From Chthonomonadales bacterium (GTDB lineage: Bacteria; Armatimonadota; Chthonomonadetes; Chthonomonadales; CAJBBX01), in contig JBMFSQ010000010.1 in the NCBI GenBank assembly GCA_049967475.1, positions 55,338 to 119,337 on the forward strand: a DNA stretch of 64,000 nucleotides. Direction: 5' to 3'. Below are positions 47,607 to 57,338 of this stretch, piece by piece; positions within the stretch are counted from its first letter, which is position 1; every line of letters begins with the position of its first letter. The position numbers were made by a program, and so were the translations under genes. A model generated the notes under the pieces. That model worked only from the letters and a program-made list of their open reading frames with translations. It did no database searches and was not told the origin of the DNA.

Positions 47607-47950
47607 AAGAAGCCCAACTCAAGCCGGGCGGCCTCGGACATCATATCAGGGTTCCACTGCGGGTCCCATACGACCTCTACGTTTACATCGGTAACGCCGG
47701 GGATCCTCCGAACCTTTTCTTCTACCTCCAGCGGAAGGGATCCCGCCACAGGACACATGGGAGATGTGAGGGTCATACGGATCTTCACGACACCGGAGGG
47801 ATCGGTTTGCACGTCGTATACCAACCCGAGCTCGTAAATGTTCACAGGGATCTCCGGGTCGTACACGGTTTTGAGCACTTCCACGACTTTGTTCTCTAGG
47901 TCAAGCCCGGCAAACGGGTTTGCCGTGGCATCATGAGTCGTGCCGTCCAT
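47603..47950 (-). CDS. sufT: Fe-S cluster assembly factor DUF59/SufT
   Basis: VYDPEIPVNIYELGLVY, MTLTSPMCP, VWDP.W...MMSE.ARLELG. Confidence 0.92.
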   Translation of the reverse strand: MDGTTHDATANPFAGLDLENKVVEVLKTVYDPEIPVNIYELGLVYDVQTDPSGVVKIRMTLTSPMCPVAGSLPLEVEEKVRRIPGVTDVNVEVVWDPQWNPDMMSEAARLELGFF

Positions 47951-47974
47951 CTGCCCCTCCCATGCCGGTATGCG

Positions 47975-48427
47975 TCATTCCGTGCTTACCTTTTGGCGGT
48001 CACCTTTGATTGCAGCATGAAGCGTATGCCATGCCAGGCTTGCGCACTTGACGCGTGCGGGGAACTCTCGCACGCCTGCAAAGACAGCCAGTTTGCCGAG
48101 CTCTTCTTCATCTAGGGAGACGTTCCGGCTGCCGGCTACCAGGTCATGAAAGCGCTGGAAGAGCTCTTCGGCTTCGGCTTCCGTTTTGCCTCTCAGCGCC
48201 TCCGTCATGAGCGAAGCAGACGCCGTAGAGATGGCGCATCCCTGCCCTACGAAGCTCACATCCTGGATCACGCCGTCTCGGAGCTTCAGGTACACCGTGA
48301 CGCGGTCGCCACAAAGCGGGTTGTACCCCTCCACGTGCCGGTCCGCATCGGGCATCTCACGGAAATTCCTGGGCCGCTTATAGTGATCCAGGATCGTCTC
48401 CTGGTATAGCTCTCTCAGCGCAGTCAT
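47975..48427 (-). CDS. sufU: SUF system NifU-type sulfur transfer protein
   Basis: LYQETILDH, NPLCGD, GCAIS.AS, RVKCA. Confidence 0.94.
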   Translation of the reverse strand: MTALRELYQETILDHYKRPRNFREMPDADRHVEGYNPLCGDRVTVYLKLRDGVIQDVSFVGQGCAISTASASLMTEALRGKTEAEAEELFQRFHDLVAGSRNVSLDEEELGKLAVFAGVREFPARVKCASLAWHTLHAAIKGDRQKVSTE

Positions 48428-49668
48428 TTGCGGAAAACCTCGATTACCTTGCGGATGCCCGCTGCGAGGGCGTCGAGCTCCTCTCGCGTGTTGTAGAATG
48501 CCAGGGAAGCCCGCGCCGTGGCAGGAATACCGAAGCGCTCCATCACCGGCTGCGTACAATGATGCCCCGTGCGGATGGCGATGCCTTCGCTGTCCAGTAT
48601 CGTGCCCACATCGTGCGGATGAACGCCCTCCACTACGAAGGAGAGCACCGCGGCCTTCTGCGCAGCCGTACCGATGATGCGCACTTCCGGAAACTCGCCG
48701 AGGAGCCGGGTGCCGTATTCCAGCAGTTCTCCCTCGTGTTGGGCTATGCGATCCCGTCCCACATTCTCCACGTACTCTATTGCGGCGGCGAGCCCAACAG
48801 CTCCTGCAATGTGCGGCGTGCCTGCTTCGAACTTGTAGGGGAGATCATTGAAAAGGGTCTTTTCGAATGTCACCGAGCGGATCATGTCCCCGCCCCCTTG
48901 GTAGGGCGGCATTGCGTCGAGCAGTTCTTCCCGGCCGTACAACACGCCGATCCCTGTGGGCCCGAAAAGCTTGTGGCCGCTCAACACATAGAAGTCACAC
49001 CCCAAATCCTGCACGTCCACCCGCATGTGAGACACGGCTTGCGCACCGTCCACCAGGATGACTGCGCCCGCGGAGTGGGCCGCCTGCACCATTCGCCGCA
49101 CCGGGTTCACTGTTCCAAGAGAGTTGGACACGTGTACCACAGCGACGATGCGCGTAGCCGGTCCCAGCATCGCCTCGAACCGGTCCCAGAGGACCTCTCC
49201 CGAGTCGTCTATAGGCGCCACCCTAAGATGGGCGCCCGTCTGCTCGCAAACGAGCTGCCACGGCACGATGTTGGAGTGGTGCTCCATTGCCGTAATGAGC
49301 ACCTCATCCCCGGGCCGCAGCATGGACCGCCCGAGTGACGAAGCCACGAGATTGATGCTCTCGGTAGCCCCCCGCGTGAAGATGATTTCCCTCGGCGAGG
49401 CTGCGTTCAGGAAGCGCTGCACCGTGTCCCGCGCGGATTCGAAAGCCGACGTGGCTCGCTCGCTAAGGGCATGCACTCCCCGATGGATATTGGCATTCTC
49501 CCGAGTGTAATATTCCACCAGACGCTCGATGACCACGGCCGGCTTCTGTGTCGTGGCTGCATTGTCCAAATAGACCAACGGGCGGCCGCGCACCTGCGTC
49601 CGGAGGATTGGGAAATCACTCCGGATGCGCTGAACGTCCAGGGTTGCCTTCGCCGTCGCCATCATCAC
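48424..49668 (-). CDS. sufS: cysteine desulfurase
   Basis: YLDNAATTQKP, EHHSN, SGHK, FEAGTP, RTGHHC. Confidence 0.96.
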   Translation of the reverse strand: MMMATAKATLDVQRIRSDFPILRTQVRGRPLVYLDNAATTQKPAVVIERLVEYYTRENANIHRGVHALSERATSAFESARDTVQRFLNAASPREIIFTRGATESINLVASSLGRSMLRPGDEVLITAMEHHSNIVPWQLVCEQTGAHLRVAPIDDSGEVLWDRFEAMLGPATRIVAVVHVSNSLGTVNPVRRMVQAAHSAGAVILVDGAQAVSHMRVDVQDLGCDFYVLSGHKLFGPTGIGVLYGREELLDAMPPYQGGGDMIRSVTFEKTLFNDLPYKFEAGTPHIAGAVGLAAAIEYVENVGRDRIAQHEGELLEYGTRLLGEFPEVRIIGTAAQKAAVLSFVVEGVHPHDVGTILDSEGIAIRTGHHCTQPVMERFGIPATARASLAFYNTREELDALAAGIRKVIEVFRK

Positions 49669-49684
49669 TTCTTCTCCTCTGCGG

Positions 49685-51022
49685 TCATCGCGGGACCTGG
49701 GCTCCTGGTCCTAGGATCGTTTCCTCAATCCGTGTGCGGAGGGAGGGTACCTGAATGCGATCCAGGATCTCGGCGGCGAAGGCGTAGATGAGGAGCCTTT
49801 CCGCCACATCCTGCGGGATTCCCCGGGACCTGCAATAGAACAGCGCATCGTCGCTCAAGCGCCCTACGGTGGCGCCGTGGGTGCACCGCACATCGTCGGC
49901 GAAGATTTCTAGTTGCGGTCGCGTGTCTACCCATGCATCTCGAGAGAGCAGCAGGTTCTGATTAGTCTGTTTGGCGTCGGTCTTCTGGGCATCCTTCTGA
50001 ACGAAGATGCGCCCGCTGAAAACAGCCCGCCCATGCCCATCCAAGATGCCTTTGTAGAGCTCGTGGCTGGGGCAGTGCGGAGCCAGATGATCAATGCGCG
50101 TGTGATGGTCCGTGTGCTGGCGGCCCCGGGCCACATAGAGGCCGTTGAGGGTGGCTTCTGCGCCCTCGCCCGCGAGGCGCACCGCCACATCGCTTCGCGC
50201 CAACGCCGCTCCAGAGGCAAGGGTAGTTATCTTCATCGCCGAAGACCGCCCGCCCTGCGCACCAATCAGATCCACGTGATGGGCTGCCTCGTGCTGTGTC
50301 TGCCAGCGGTAATAATCCACACTCGCCCCATCCGCCACCACCATCTCGGTCACAGCGTCCGTCAGCAACGTGCCGTCGGTTGACGCGAAGGTTTCCACAA
50401 TAGTGGCATTGCTCAACTCACCAACCGCCACGAATGTCCTCGGGCAGGCCAAGGACGCCTCCCCGCTCCCCACTCCAAAGTGGAGCACCTGGATCGGCCG
50501 ATCCAATACGGTTCGGTCCGCCACAGCAATCACCGCAGCGTCCGGAAAGCAGGCGCTGTTGAGACACGCGAAGCCGTGAGGCTCCGGGTGAACTACTCGG
50601 CCGAAGGATCCCACCACTTGGCCGGGGAGGTGCGCATCGCGGATTGTGCCCAGGAATACCCCCTCGGGAACGGCGTCCAGCCGCGAGAGACCAGGCATCA
50701 GCCGGCCGTTCACGAATACGAGCACCAAGGCGCCGTCCAACAGATAGGGCGCTATCATCCGGTGATCCGGAGCGGCTGCCGCGGCCAGCACACGGTCCAC
50801 CCCGACGATGGGAGTCACATTCGTAAAGCGCCACTCCTCATCTTTGGCAGACGGAAACCCTACGGTGCGAATGCGCTCGGCTGCGGCGGCGCGAACACTC
50901 CTAAGCCACGCAGGGTCCCCCGCGTCCTCGCGCAGTCTTTGCTCCACAAGCGCATCCGCCCACTCCGGGAGATTCATGGGTGCGCCGCGTTCCAACCGAG
51001 CTGTTTCACCTGCCGCACTCAT
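49685..51022 (-). CDS. sufD: Fe-S cluster assembly protein SufD
   Basis: EEWRFT, AQKTDA.Q, PQLEIFADDV.C.HGATVG. Confidence 0.94.
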   Translation of the reverse strand: MSAAGETARLERGAPMNLPEWADALVEQRLREDAGDPAWLRSVRAAAAERIRTVGFPSAKDEEWRFTNVTPIVGVDRVLAAAAAPDHRMIAPYLLDGALVLVFVNGRLMPGLSRLDAVPEGVFLGTIRDAHLPGQVVGSFGRVVHPEPHGFACLNSACFPDAAVIAVADRTVLDRPIQVLHFGVGSGEASLACPRTFVAVGELSNATIVETFASTDGTLLTDAVTEMVVADGASVDYYRWQTQHEAAHHVDLIGAQGGRSSAMKITTLASGAALARSDVAVRLAGEGAEATLNGLYVARGRQHTDHHTRIDHLAPHCPSHELYKGILDGHGRAVFSGRIFVQKDAQKTDAKQTNQNLLLSRDAWVDTRPQLEIFADDVRCTHGATVGRLSDDALFYCRSRGIPQDVAERLLIYAFAAEILDRIQVPSLRTRIEETILGPGAQVPR

Positions 51023-51783
51023 CGTGCCGCCCCCACTGCCGACGCCTGCTCGAGCCAACCATAGCCTCGTTCCTCCAGTTCCAGGGCAAGCTCCTTCGTG
51101 CCCGATTTCACGATGCGGCCGTCCAGAAGAACGTGCACGTAATCCGGCACAATGTAGTTGAGCAGGCGCTGATAATGGGTCACTACGATGATTGCCCTTT
51201 CCGGAGAACGCAGGGCATTGACGCCTCTTGCCACAATCTGCAGGGCGTCAATATCCAGTCCGCTGTCGGTTTCGTCCAGAATGGCCAGTTTCGGCTGGAG
51301 AACCGACATTTGGAGGATTTCGTTACGCTTCTTCTCTCCGCCGGAAAAGCCCTCGTTGACGGGCCGGTTCAGGAGCGAAGCATCCAATTCCAGGAGGCGG
51401 GCCTTCTCCCTAACCAGCTTCAAAAAGTCCATGGCATCCAGTTCGGGAAGCCCTTGGTGGCGCCTCACGGCGTTGAGCGCCGTCTTCAAGAAGTAGGTAT
51501 TACCCACGCCGGGGATCTCCACCGGGTATTGGAAGGCTAGAAAGATGCCCTCCTGAGCGCGCTCCTCCGGTTTGAGTGACAGCAGATCCTTGCCGTCATA
51601 GAGCACGCTTCCGCGCGTCACTACATAATCTTCCCTGCCGGCCAATACCTGAGCCAGCGTGGATTTGCCTGAGCCGTTCGGCCCCATTATGGCGTGCACC
51701 TCGCCGGCTTCCACCTTCAGGTTTACACCCTTGAGGATCTCGTTGCCCCCCACACTCACGTGGAGGTCGTTGATGGTGAGCAT
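51019..51783 (-). CDS. sufC: Fe-S cluster assembly ATPase
   Basis: GPNGSGKST, FQYPVEIPGV, GFSGGEKKR, LDETDSGLD. Confidence 0.97.
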   Translation of the reverse strand: MLTINDLHVSVGGNEILKGVNLKVEAGEVHAIMGPNGSGKSTLAQVLAGREDYVVTRGSVLYDGKDLLSLKPEERAQEGIFLAFQYPVEIPGVGNTYFLKTALNAVRRHQGLPELDAMDFLKLVREKARLLELDASLLNRPVNEGFSGGEKKRNEILQMSVLQPKLAILDETDSGLDIDALQIVARGVNALRSPERAIIVVTHYQRLLNYIVPDYVHVLLDGRIVKSGTKELALELEERGYGWLEQASAVGAAR

Positions 51784-51791
51784 TGTTCCTT

Positions 51792-53234
51792 TTATCCTAC
51801 GCTTCCTTCTAGGCTGACGCCCAGGAGCTTCTGAGCCTCCACGGCAAACTCCATGGGCAGCTCCTTGAACACTTCCTTACAGAACCCGTTTACGATCATG
51901 CTTACGGCATCCTCTGTGCTGATGCCGCGCTGGTTGCAGTAAAAAAGCTGATCCTCGCCGATGCGGCTGGTAGACGCTTCGTGCTCGATTTGGGCCGTGG
52001 GATTGCGCACTTCGATCACGGGGAACGTGTGGGCGCCGCATTCGGACCCCAGCAGCAGAGAGTCGCACTGGGAAAAGTTGCGTGCGCCATCCGCCCCCGG
52101 CAACACCTTCACCATCCCCCGGTAGGTATTCTGCCCATGCCCGGCTGAGATACCCTTGGACACGATGGTCGAACGCGTATTCCTTCCGATATGGATCATT
52201 TTGGTGCCTGTGTCCGCCTGCTGATAGTTGTTCGTGAGGGCCACAGAGTAGAATTCCCCAACCGAGTTGTCGCCCTGCAGGATGCAACTAGGGTATTTCC
52301 ACGTGATGGCGGATCCGGTCTCCACCTGCGTCCACGAGATGTGAGAGTTGACACCTAGGCACTTGCCTCGCTTTGTTACGAAGTTGTAGATGCCGCCCTT
52401 TCCGTCCTTGTCGCCGGGATACCAATTCTGTACAGTGGAGTATTTGATGTATGCATGATCCAGCGCCACCAGCTCTACCACTGCAGCATGGAGCTGGTTC
52501 TCGTCGCGCATCGGAGCCGTACAGCCCTCGAGATAGCTCACATAGGCTCCCTCGTCGGCGATGATGAGGGTCCTCTCGAACTGGCCGGTGTTCTCGGCGT
52601 TGATGCGAAAGTAGGTGGAAAGTTCCATCGGGCATCGCACGCCCTTCGGCACGTACACGAAGGATCCGTCGGAGAAGACGGCGGAGTTCAGGGTGGCGAA
52701 GAAGTTGTCTGAGTAGGGCACAACAGAACCCAGGTACTCACGTACGAGATCCGGATGGTTCTTCACAGCCTCGCTGAAGGAGCAGAAGATGATGCCGAGT
52801 TCCGCCAGTTTCTCCTTGAACGTCGTTGCCACCGAAACGCTGTCAAACACGGCATCCACGGCAACCCCTGTGAGGCGCTTCTGCTCTTCCAACGAGATGC
52901 CCAGCTTTTCGAAGGTGCGCAGCAACTCGGGATCTACTTCATCCAGACTGTTCAGGCGCGGCTTGGCCTTGGGAGCGGCATAGTAGATGATGTCTTGGTA
53001 GTCAATGGGCGGATAGTGCACGTTCTGCCATGTGGGCTCTTGCATGGTGAGCCACTTCCGGTACGCTTTGAGGCGCCACTCCAAAAGCCATTCCGGCTCT
53101 TCCTTCTTGGCGGAAATCATCCGGATGACGTCTTCGTTAAGGCCCTTCGGTACCGTCTCCTGCTCAATCTGTGTGACGAAACCCCACTTATACTCTTGAG
53201 AAAGATGCTCTTGGAGAACCTCGGTTGCGCTCAT
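51792..53234 (-). CDS. sufB: Fe-S cluster assembly protein SufB
   Basis: [38 protein letters not shown] terminus. Confidence 0.97.
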   Translation of the reverse strand: MSATEVLQEHLSQEYKWGFVTQIEQETVPKGLNEDVIRMISAKKEEPEWLLEWRLKAYRKWLTMQEPTWQNVHYPPIDYQDIIYYAAPKAKPRLNSLDEVDPELLRTFEKLGISLEEQKRLTGVAVDAVFDSVSVATTFKEKLAELGIIFCSFSEAVKNHPDLVREYLGSVVPYSDNFFATLNSAVFSDGSFVYVPKGVRCPMELSTYFRINAENTGQFERTLIIADEGAYVSYLEGCTAPMRDENQLHAAVVELVALDHAYIKYSTVQNWYPGDKDGKGGIYNFVTKRGKCLGVNSHISWTQVETGSAITWKYPSCILQGDNSVGEFYSVALTNNYQQADTGTKMIHIGRNTRSTIVSKGISAGHGQNTYRGMVKVLPGADGARNFSQCDSLLLGSECGAHTFPVIEVRNPTAQIEHEASTSRIGEDQLFYCNQRGISTEDAVSMIVNGFCKEVFKELPMEFAVEAQKLLGVSLEGSVG

Positions 53235-53641
53235 TCTTCACCTTCCGAATTCGGATGCAATGGACTGCCGCCGCCCATCTTCGGGGCGAAGCTCGTGCCG
53301 CACCCGCAGCTTCGGGCAGCATTCGGGTTCTTGAACGTAAACCCGCCCGACATCAGGTTCTTCAGACTATAATCCACGGTGACGCCATCGAGAAAGCGCG
53401 CGCTCCGGGCATCCACGAATACCCGGACGCCGCCGGCATCCACTACATGGTCCCCAGGATTCGGTTCCGGCTGCAAACCGAGCACGTAGCTGAAGCCCGA
53501 GCAGCCGCCTCCGCGCACAGCCAGGCGAAGCCCCAGTCCCGGCTGCCCGCGCTTCGCGATGAGATACTTCACCTGGCGCACCGCAGCCGGCGTTAGAGTA
53601 ACGGATGCCTTGTGGGTCTGTTGTAGTTCCATCGAGTTCAT
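53231..53641 (-). CDS. sufA: HesB/IscA/SufA A-type carrier
   Basis: GGGCSG.SY, NPNA...CGCG.SF. Confidence 0.9.
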   Translation of the reverse strand: MNSMELQQTHKASVTLTPAAVRQVKYLIAKRGQPGLGLRLAVRGGGCSGFSYVLGLQPEPNPGDHVVDAGGVRVFVDARSARFLDGVTVDYSLKNLMSGGFTFKNPNAARSCGCGTSFAPKMGGGSPLHPNSEGEE

Positions 53642-54150
53642 GCCTCCGCCGCCACAGTCGGTACTTTGGCGGCATTGCCGAGAGCTGCACCCTCCCCCGA
53701 CCGGCTCTGCCCAGCCCACGGGGCGAAGGCGATCTCTGCACCTGCAGGCCGCGTCATCTGCGCGAGGGACACGCGCTCCAAAACTCCACGCACTTCGTGG
53801 TTCACGCGCTGCAGGTTCAGCCGGACCGGGCAGCACACCGAGTAATCACAACTAGCCGGCACGCCGGTGCCGCATTCCGTGATGGCGATTGGCCCACCCA
53901 TGGCCTGCAGGATATCCGCCAGAGAGATGGCCCCGGGGTCCCGGGCCAGGCGGTACCCCCCCTTAGCTCCTCGCTGTGACACGAGGAGGCCACCCCGCAC
54001 CAAGGCTTTGAGGATCTTGCTCACCGTTGCCGGCGGAAGTTGGCTTCGCCGGGCCAGATCGGGCACGTTGTGCACACAGCCGGCCGGCGCACACGCAACG
54101 TGCGTCATGAGGACGATGCCGTAATCCGTTAGCTTGGTGAGGCGTATCAT
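53638..54150 (-). CDS. Rrf2 family SUF-system regulator
   Basis: RLTKLTDYG, SQRGAKGGY.L, Cys cluster ITEC.....SC....CC; first gene of suf operon. Confidence 0.92.
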   Translation of the reverse strand: MIRLTKLTDYGIVLMTHVACAPAGCVHNVPDLARRSQLPPATVSKILKALVRGGLLVSQRGAKGGYRLARDPGAISLADILQAMGGPIAITECGTGVPASCDYSVCCPVRLNLQRVNHEVRGVLERVSLAQMTRPAGAEIAFAPWAGQSRSGEGAALGNAAKVPTVAAEA

Positions 54151-54164
54151 GCCTGGCTCCCAGG

Positions 54165-54221
54165 AAACAGGACCATTTCAGTACGGATTGAATTGTACCA
54201 TACCTCCACCCCTTGATGCAA
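54165..54221 (-). promoter_or_regulatory. suf promoter and candidate Rrf2 operator
   Basis: Minus strand TTGCAT-N18-TACAAT with extended-10 TG; imperfect inverted repeat AAACAGGAC-N7-GTACGGATT (54165-54189) just downstream. Confidence 0.6.
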
Positions 54222-54384
54222 CCCTTTACATCCGACTTTGCCGCGCCGTTTTTGTAAGGGAAAGGTTTTTAGGTGAAACCCGGCAACTCCACGTGGAACA
54301 ACTCCCCCGTAAGGGCACGGGCAGCCAGTATCTGCGCCCCAACGCCTGGGAGCCCAAGCGCATATCACAGCACCAGGGTGAAGC

Positions 54385-54810
54385 ATGAGAATCGCGAGGG
54401 AGACAATGATCTTGGCCGGCATCTGTGCGGCCGATTTGGTTACGACATTGTGGTTCGTGGGCAAGAAGGGGGCCATGGAATTGAACCCGATCATGCGCGT
54501 GTGCCTGGAGCAGGGTGTTTGGTGCTTTGTGGCAGCGAAGGCGCTTTCGTGCATGGGTCCCCTTGCTCTGCTCGAGTGGGCGCGCCGGCGCCGGCCATAC
54601 TTCGTGACGGCGATGTTGAGGAGCGCCATCGCCCTCTACATAGGCTTCTACGGCGTAGTCGTTTGGAAGGCGAACGCTCCCGCACCCGGAGAGAACCTGA
54701 GCACTGAGGAGATGGCTCAGATCATCTACTGGAGCAGCCGGCCTGTTACAAGAGTAGAGATCTCCGCGGCCCGCCTGGAGGTGCAGGTCCCGCAGCCCAG
54801 GGGTCGCTAG
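54385..54810 (+). CDS. small membrane protein (DUF5658-like)
   Basis: ADLVTT...GA.ELNPIM...F...K pattern, three hydrophobic segments. Confidence 0.7.
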   Translation: MRIARETMILAGICAADLVTTLWFVGKKGAMELNPIMRVCLEQGVWCFVAAKALSCMGPLALLEWARRRRPYFVTAMLRSAIALYIGFYGVVVWKANAPAPGENLSTEEMAQIIYWSSRPVTRVEISAARLEVQVPQPRGR

Positions 54811-54814
54811 CCAT

Positions 54815-54887
54815 CCAGCCGCCCGGAATGCCGCGGCGGAAAGGCGGCTGGTTCGTTCGGGCCGGATCCGTCGGATCCGGCCCGAAC
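54815..54887. terminator. tandem GC-rich hairpins between convergent genes
   Basis: CCAGCCGCC/GGCGGCTGG (54815-54851) and perfect 15-bp IR GTTCGGGCCGGATCC/GGATCCGGCCCGAAC (54855-54887). Confidence 0.65.
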
Positions 54888-54911
54888 TGCTCATCCAGGG
54901 AAAGCCGGCGG

Positions 54912-55970
54912 CTAAAGATCCAGCCGCACCTCTTTACCGGCTTCAGCGCTGCGATACAATCCGTCCAAGATGGCCATCACCTGCAGCGATTCCTCAGCAG
55001 GCACCGGGGAGGGCTTGTTGTTCGCTACCGCATCTGCAAAAGCGATGCACTCCTTGGCATGGGGTTCGCCGCCCTCCGACAGCACCAACTGCATGTTCAT
55101 CTGTTGGCGCGTCTTGTTGTCGCTCCAAAGGATTTCGTTGGACGGCCAATGTGCGCCCGCCTTGTCGCCGTAGAGCCACATTTGCATATCCTCACCCGTC
55201 GTCTTGTGATGCAGCAGCCAGCTTACTTCCAGCACAAGGGTAGCGCCGTTTTCGAAGCGGACGAAGGCTGCAGCAAAATCTTCCACGTCGAATTCCTCCG
55301 TGGGGATCGGTCCTCCCCAGATGCTGAAGGCGCCCGGTTGCCGCGCCAGCTTTGCCTGGGTGATGCCTGATACTGCCACGGGCTTCGGATGCCCCATCAT
55401 CCAGAGGGTAAGGTCCAGGATATGCACTCCGATGTCAATGCACGGCCCGCCGCCGGAGTGCTTCTTTTGGATGAACCCCGCCCGGGTCGGCGCCGCCTGC
55501 CGCCGAAGCATCCACGAACGGGCGTGGTACACTTGGCCCAGGACACCCTTATCGAGCTCGGCCTTTAGCGCCTTGCTGGAGCCCTGGAAGCGGAAATGCT
55601 GGGCCGTCATGAGCAGCTTGCCGCTTTTGTCCCGGGCAGCGATCATCTTGCGGATGTCTGCCGGCGTCGGTGCAAGGGGCTTCTCGCAGAGCACATGTTT
55701 GCCGGCTTCTAGTGCGGCCACCGCCAACGGCGTGTGGTACATGTTGGGGGTGCAGATATCAACGATGTCAATATCCTTCTGGGCGATCAGGTCCTCGGGC
55801 TTGACGTAGAGACGGCTGATGCCCTGAGCCTCGCCTACCCGTTTGAGAGTGTCGGGCACAACATCGGAGAGAGCCACAACCTCCGTGTACGGAGACTCCT
55901 TCCACCCGGGAAAGTGGGTGTGTGCGATGCCGCCCACACCAATCACACCGACCTTGAGTGTCTTGCTCAT
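54912..55970 (-). CDS. Gfo/Idh/MocA family oxidoreductase
   Basis: VGVIGVGGI, ICTPN..H, CEKPLA, GGGPCIDIGVH. Confidence 0.92.
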   Translation of the reverse strand: MSKTLKVGVIGVGGIAHTHFPGWKESPYTEVVALSDVVPDTLKRVGEAQGISRLYVKPEDLIAQKDIDIVDICTPNMYHTPLAVAALEAGKHVLCEKPLAPTPADIRKMIAARDKSGKLLMTAQHFRFQGSSKALKAELDKGVLGQVYHARSWMLRRQAAPTRAGFIQKKHSGGGPCIDIGVHILDLTLWMMGHPKPVAVSGITQAKLARQPGAFSIWGGPIPTEEFDVEDFAAAFVRFENGATLVLEVSWLLHHKTTGEDMQMWLYGDKAGAHWPSNEILWSDNKTRQQMNMQLVLSEGGEPHAKECIAFADAVANNKPSPVPAEESLQVMAILDGLYRSAEAGKEVRLDL

Positions 55971-56027
55971 TCTTGCGGTTTCCCTCTGTAGTGATGATGA
56001 AACGGCCTGCGCGAGTGCAGGCCGTCG

Positions 56028-57284
56028 TCAGCGTGGTTCGATTGCAATCGAAGTCTGGATGCGCGATGCGAAGGACGTAGGCGGAGGTGGAGGCGTCCAT
56101 CCTTCCGGAGGATCCTGCCATCGGCCATCGGCTTTGATGAGGGCAATCAACTCTTCCACCCCGCGCTCTTGCGGGATGCCGGTCTTCACCTCTTCCCGCC
56201 CCCGGTAGAGCGAGATCTTGCCGCCCGCCTTACCTACGTACCCATAGTCCGCATCCGCCATCTCTCCCGGACCGTTCACAATGCAACCCATGACGGCGAT
56301 ATCCAGTCCCACTAGGTGCCCGGTTGCCGCTCGCACCGCGTGCAGCACCGTGGGAAGATCAAACTTGGTGCGCCCGCACGAAGGGCATGCGATGTACTCT
56401 ACCTTTGTTTTGCGCAGGCCGAGCGATTGCAGAATGTCGTAACATACCGGCAGTTCGTTGATGGGATCCTCAGCCAAAGACACGCGGATGGTGTCCCCGA
56501 TGCCCTCGGCAAGCAGCGTCCCGATGCCGCACGTAGACTTGATGCGGGCGTACGTTCCATCTCCGGCTTCCGTAACGCCCAGATGAAGAGGATAATCCAT
56601 TCCCTCCGCATCCATTCGCTGAACCATGAGGCGGTTGGCGGCGAGCATTACCGGCACACGGCTGGCTTTGAGCGAAATCACCAAGTCTCGAAATCCGTGT
56701 CGTTGGCAGATCCGCACGTACTCCAATGCGGCTTCTACCATGCCTTCGGGCGTGTCCCCATGCATCACCTTGATGCGCTCGGAAAGGCTCCCGTGGTTTA
56801 CTCCGATGCGCATGGCGACCCCATGCTCCTTACACGCACGGATCACGGGTACCAGGCTGCGCTCGATGGCATCCAGCTCCTCTTCGATCTCCGCCTGGGA
56901 GTAGTCCTCGCTTCGCTGGCGCGGCTTTCGGTATACGAAGAGGCCGGGATTGATGCGCACCTTGTCCACATATCGGGCGACCTCCACGGCGATTTCCGTG
57001 CCTTGGTGGTGCACATCGGCCACTAAGGGCACATCGCGATAGCGACGCCGCAACTCGGCGCGTATTTCTGCCAGACACCGCGCTTCTTGGAGATTGGGAG
57101 TGGTTACGCGAACGATTTCGGCACCGGCTTTGTGCATGGCGATAATCTGTGCCACCGCTGCCGGTACGTTATGCGTCTCTTCGGTGATCATGGACTGAAC
57201 CACGATTGGGTGGCCGCCCCCGATCACTACGTCGCCAACCCGCACGGGCCGCGTTCTTCGCCTCGCATACATATCCTGCGCCAT
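56028..57284 (-). CDS. ispG: (E)-4-hydroxy-3-methylbut-2-enyl-diphosphate synthase
   Basis: [50 protein letters not shown]. Confidence 0.96.
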   Translation of the reverse strand: MAQDMYARRRTRPVRVGDVVIGGGHPIVVQSMITEETHNVPAAVAQIIAMHKAGAEIVRVTTPNLQEARCLAEIRAELRRRYRDVPLVADVHHQGTEIAVEVARYVDKVRINPGLFVYRKPRQRSEDYSQAEIEEELDAIERSLVPVIRACKEHGVAMRIGVNHGSLSERIKVMHGDTPEGMVEAALEYVRICQRHGFRDLVISLKASRVPVMLAANRLMVQRMDAEGMDYPLHLGVTEAGDGTYARIKSTCGIGTLLAEGIGDTIRVSLAEDPINELPVCYDILQSLGLRKTKVEYIACPSCGRTKFDLPTVLHAVRAATGHLVGLDIAVMGCIVNGPGEMADADYGYVGKAGGKISLYRGREEVKTGIPQERGVEELIALIKADGRWQDPPEGWTPPPPPTSFASRIQTSIAIEPR

Positions 57285-57338
57285 TCCTGCCTGCGTGGTT
57301 GTGGTGCAGCCGCACCTGCCGCTTATTATACCGCCAGG

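Noticed and set aside
54222..54384. Possible c-di-GMP-type riboswitch upstream of the DUF5658-like gene
   Set aside because: Only scattered short matches; the GGCAAAC/GNRA/GCAAAGC core is missing
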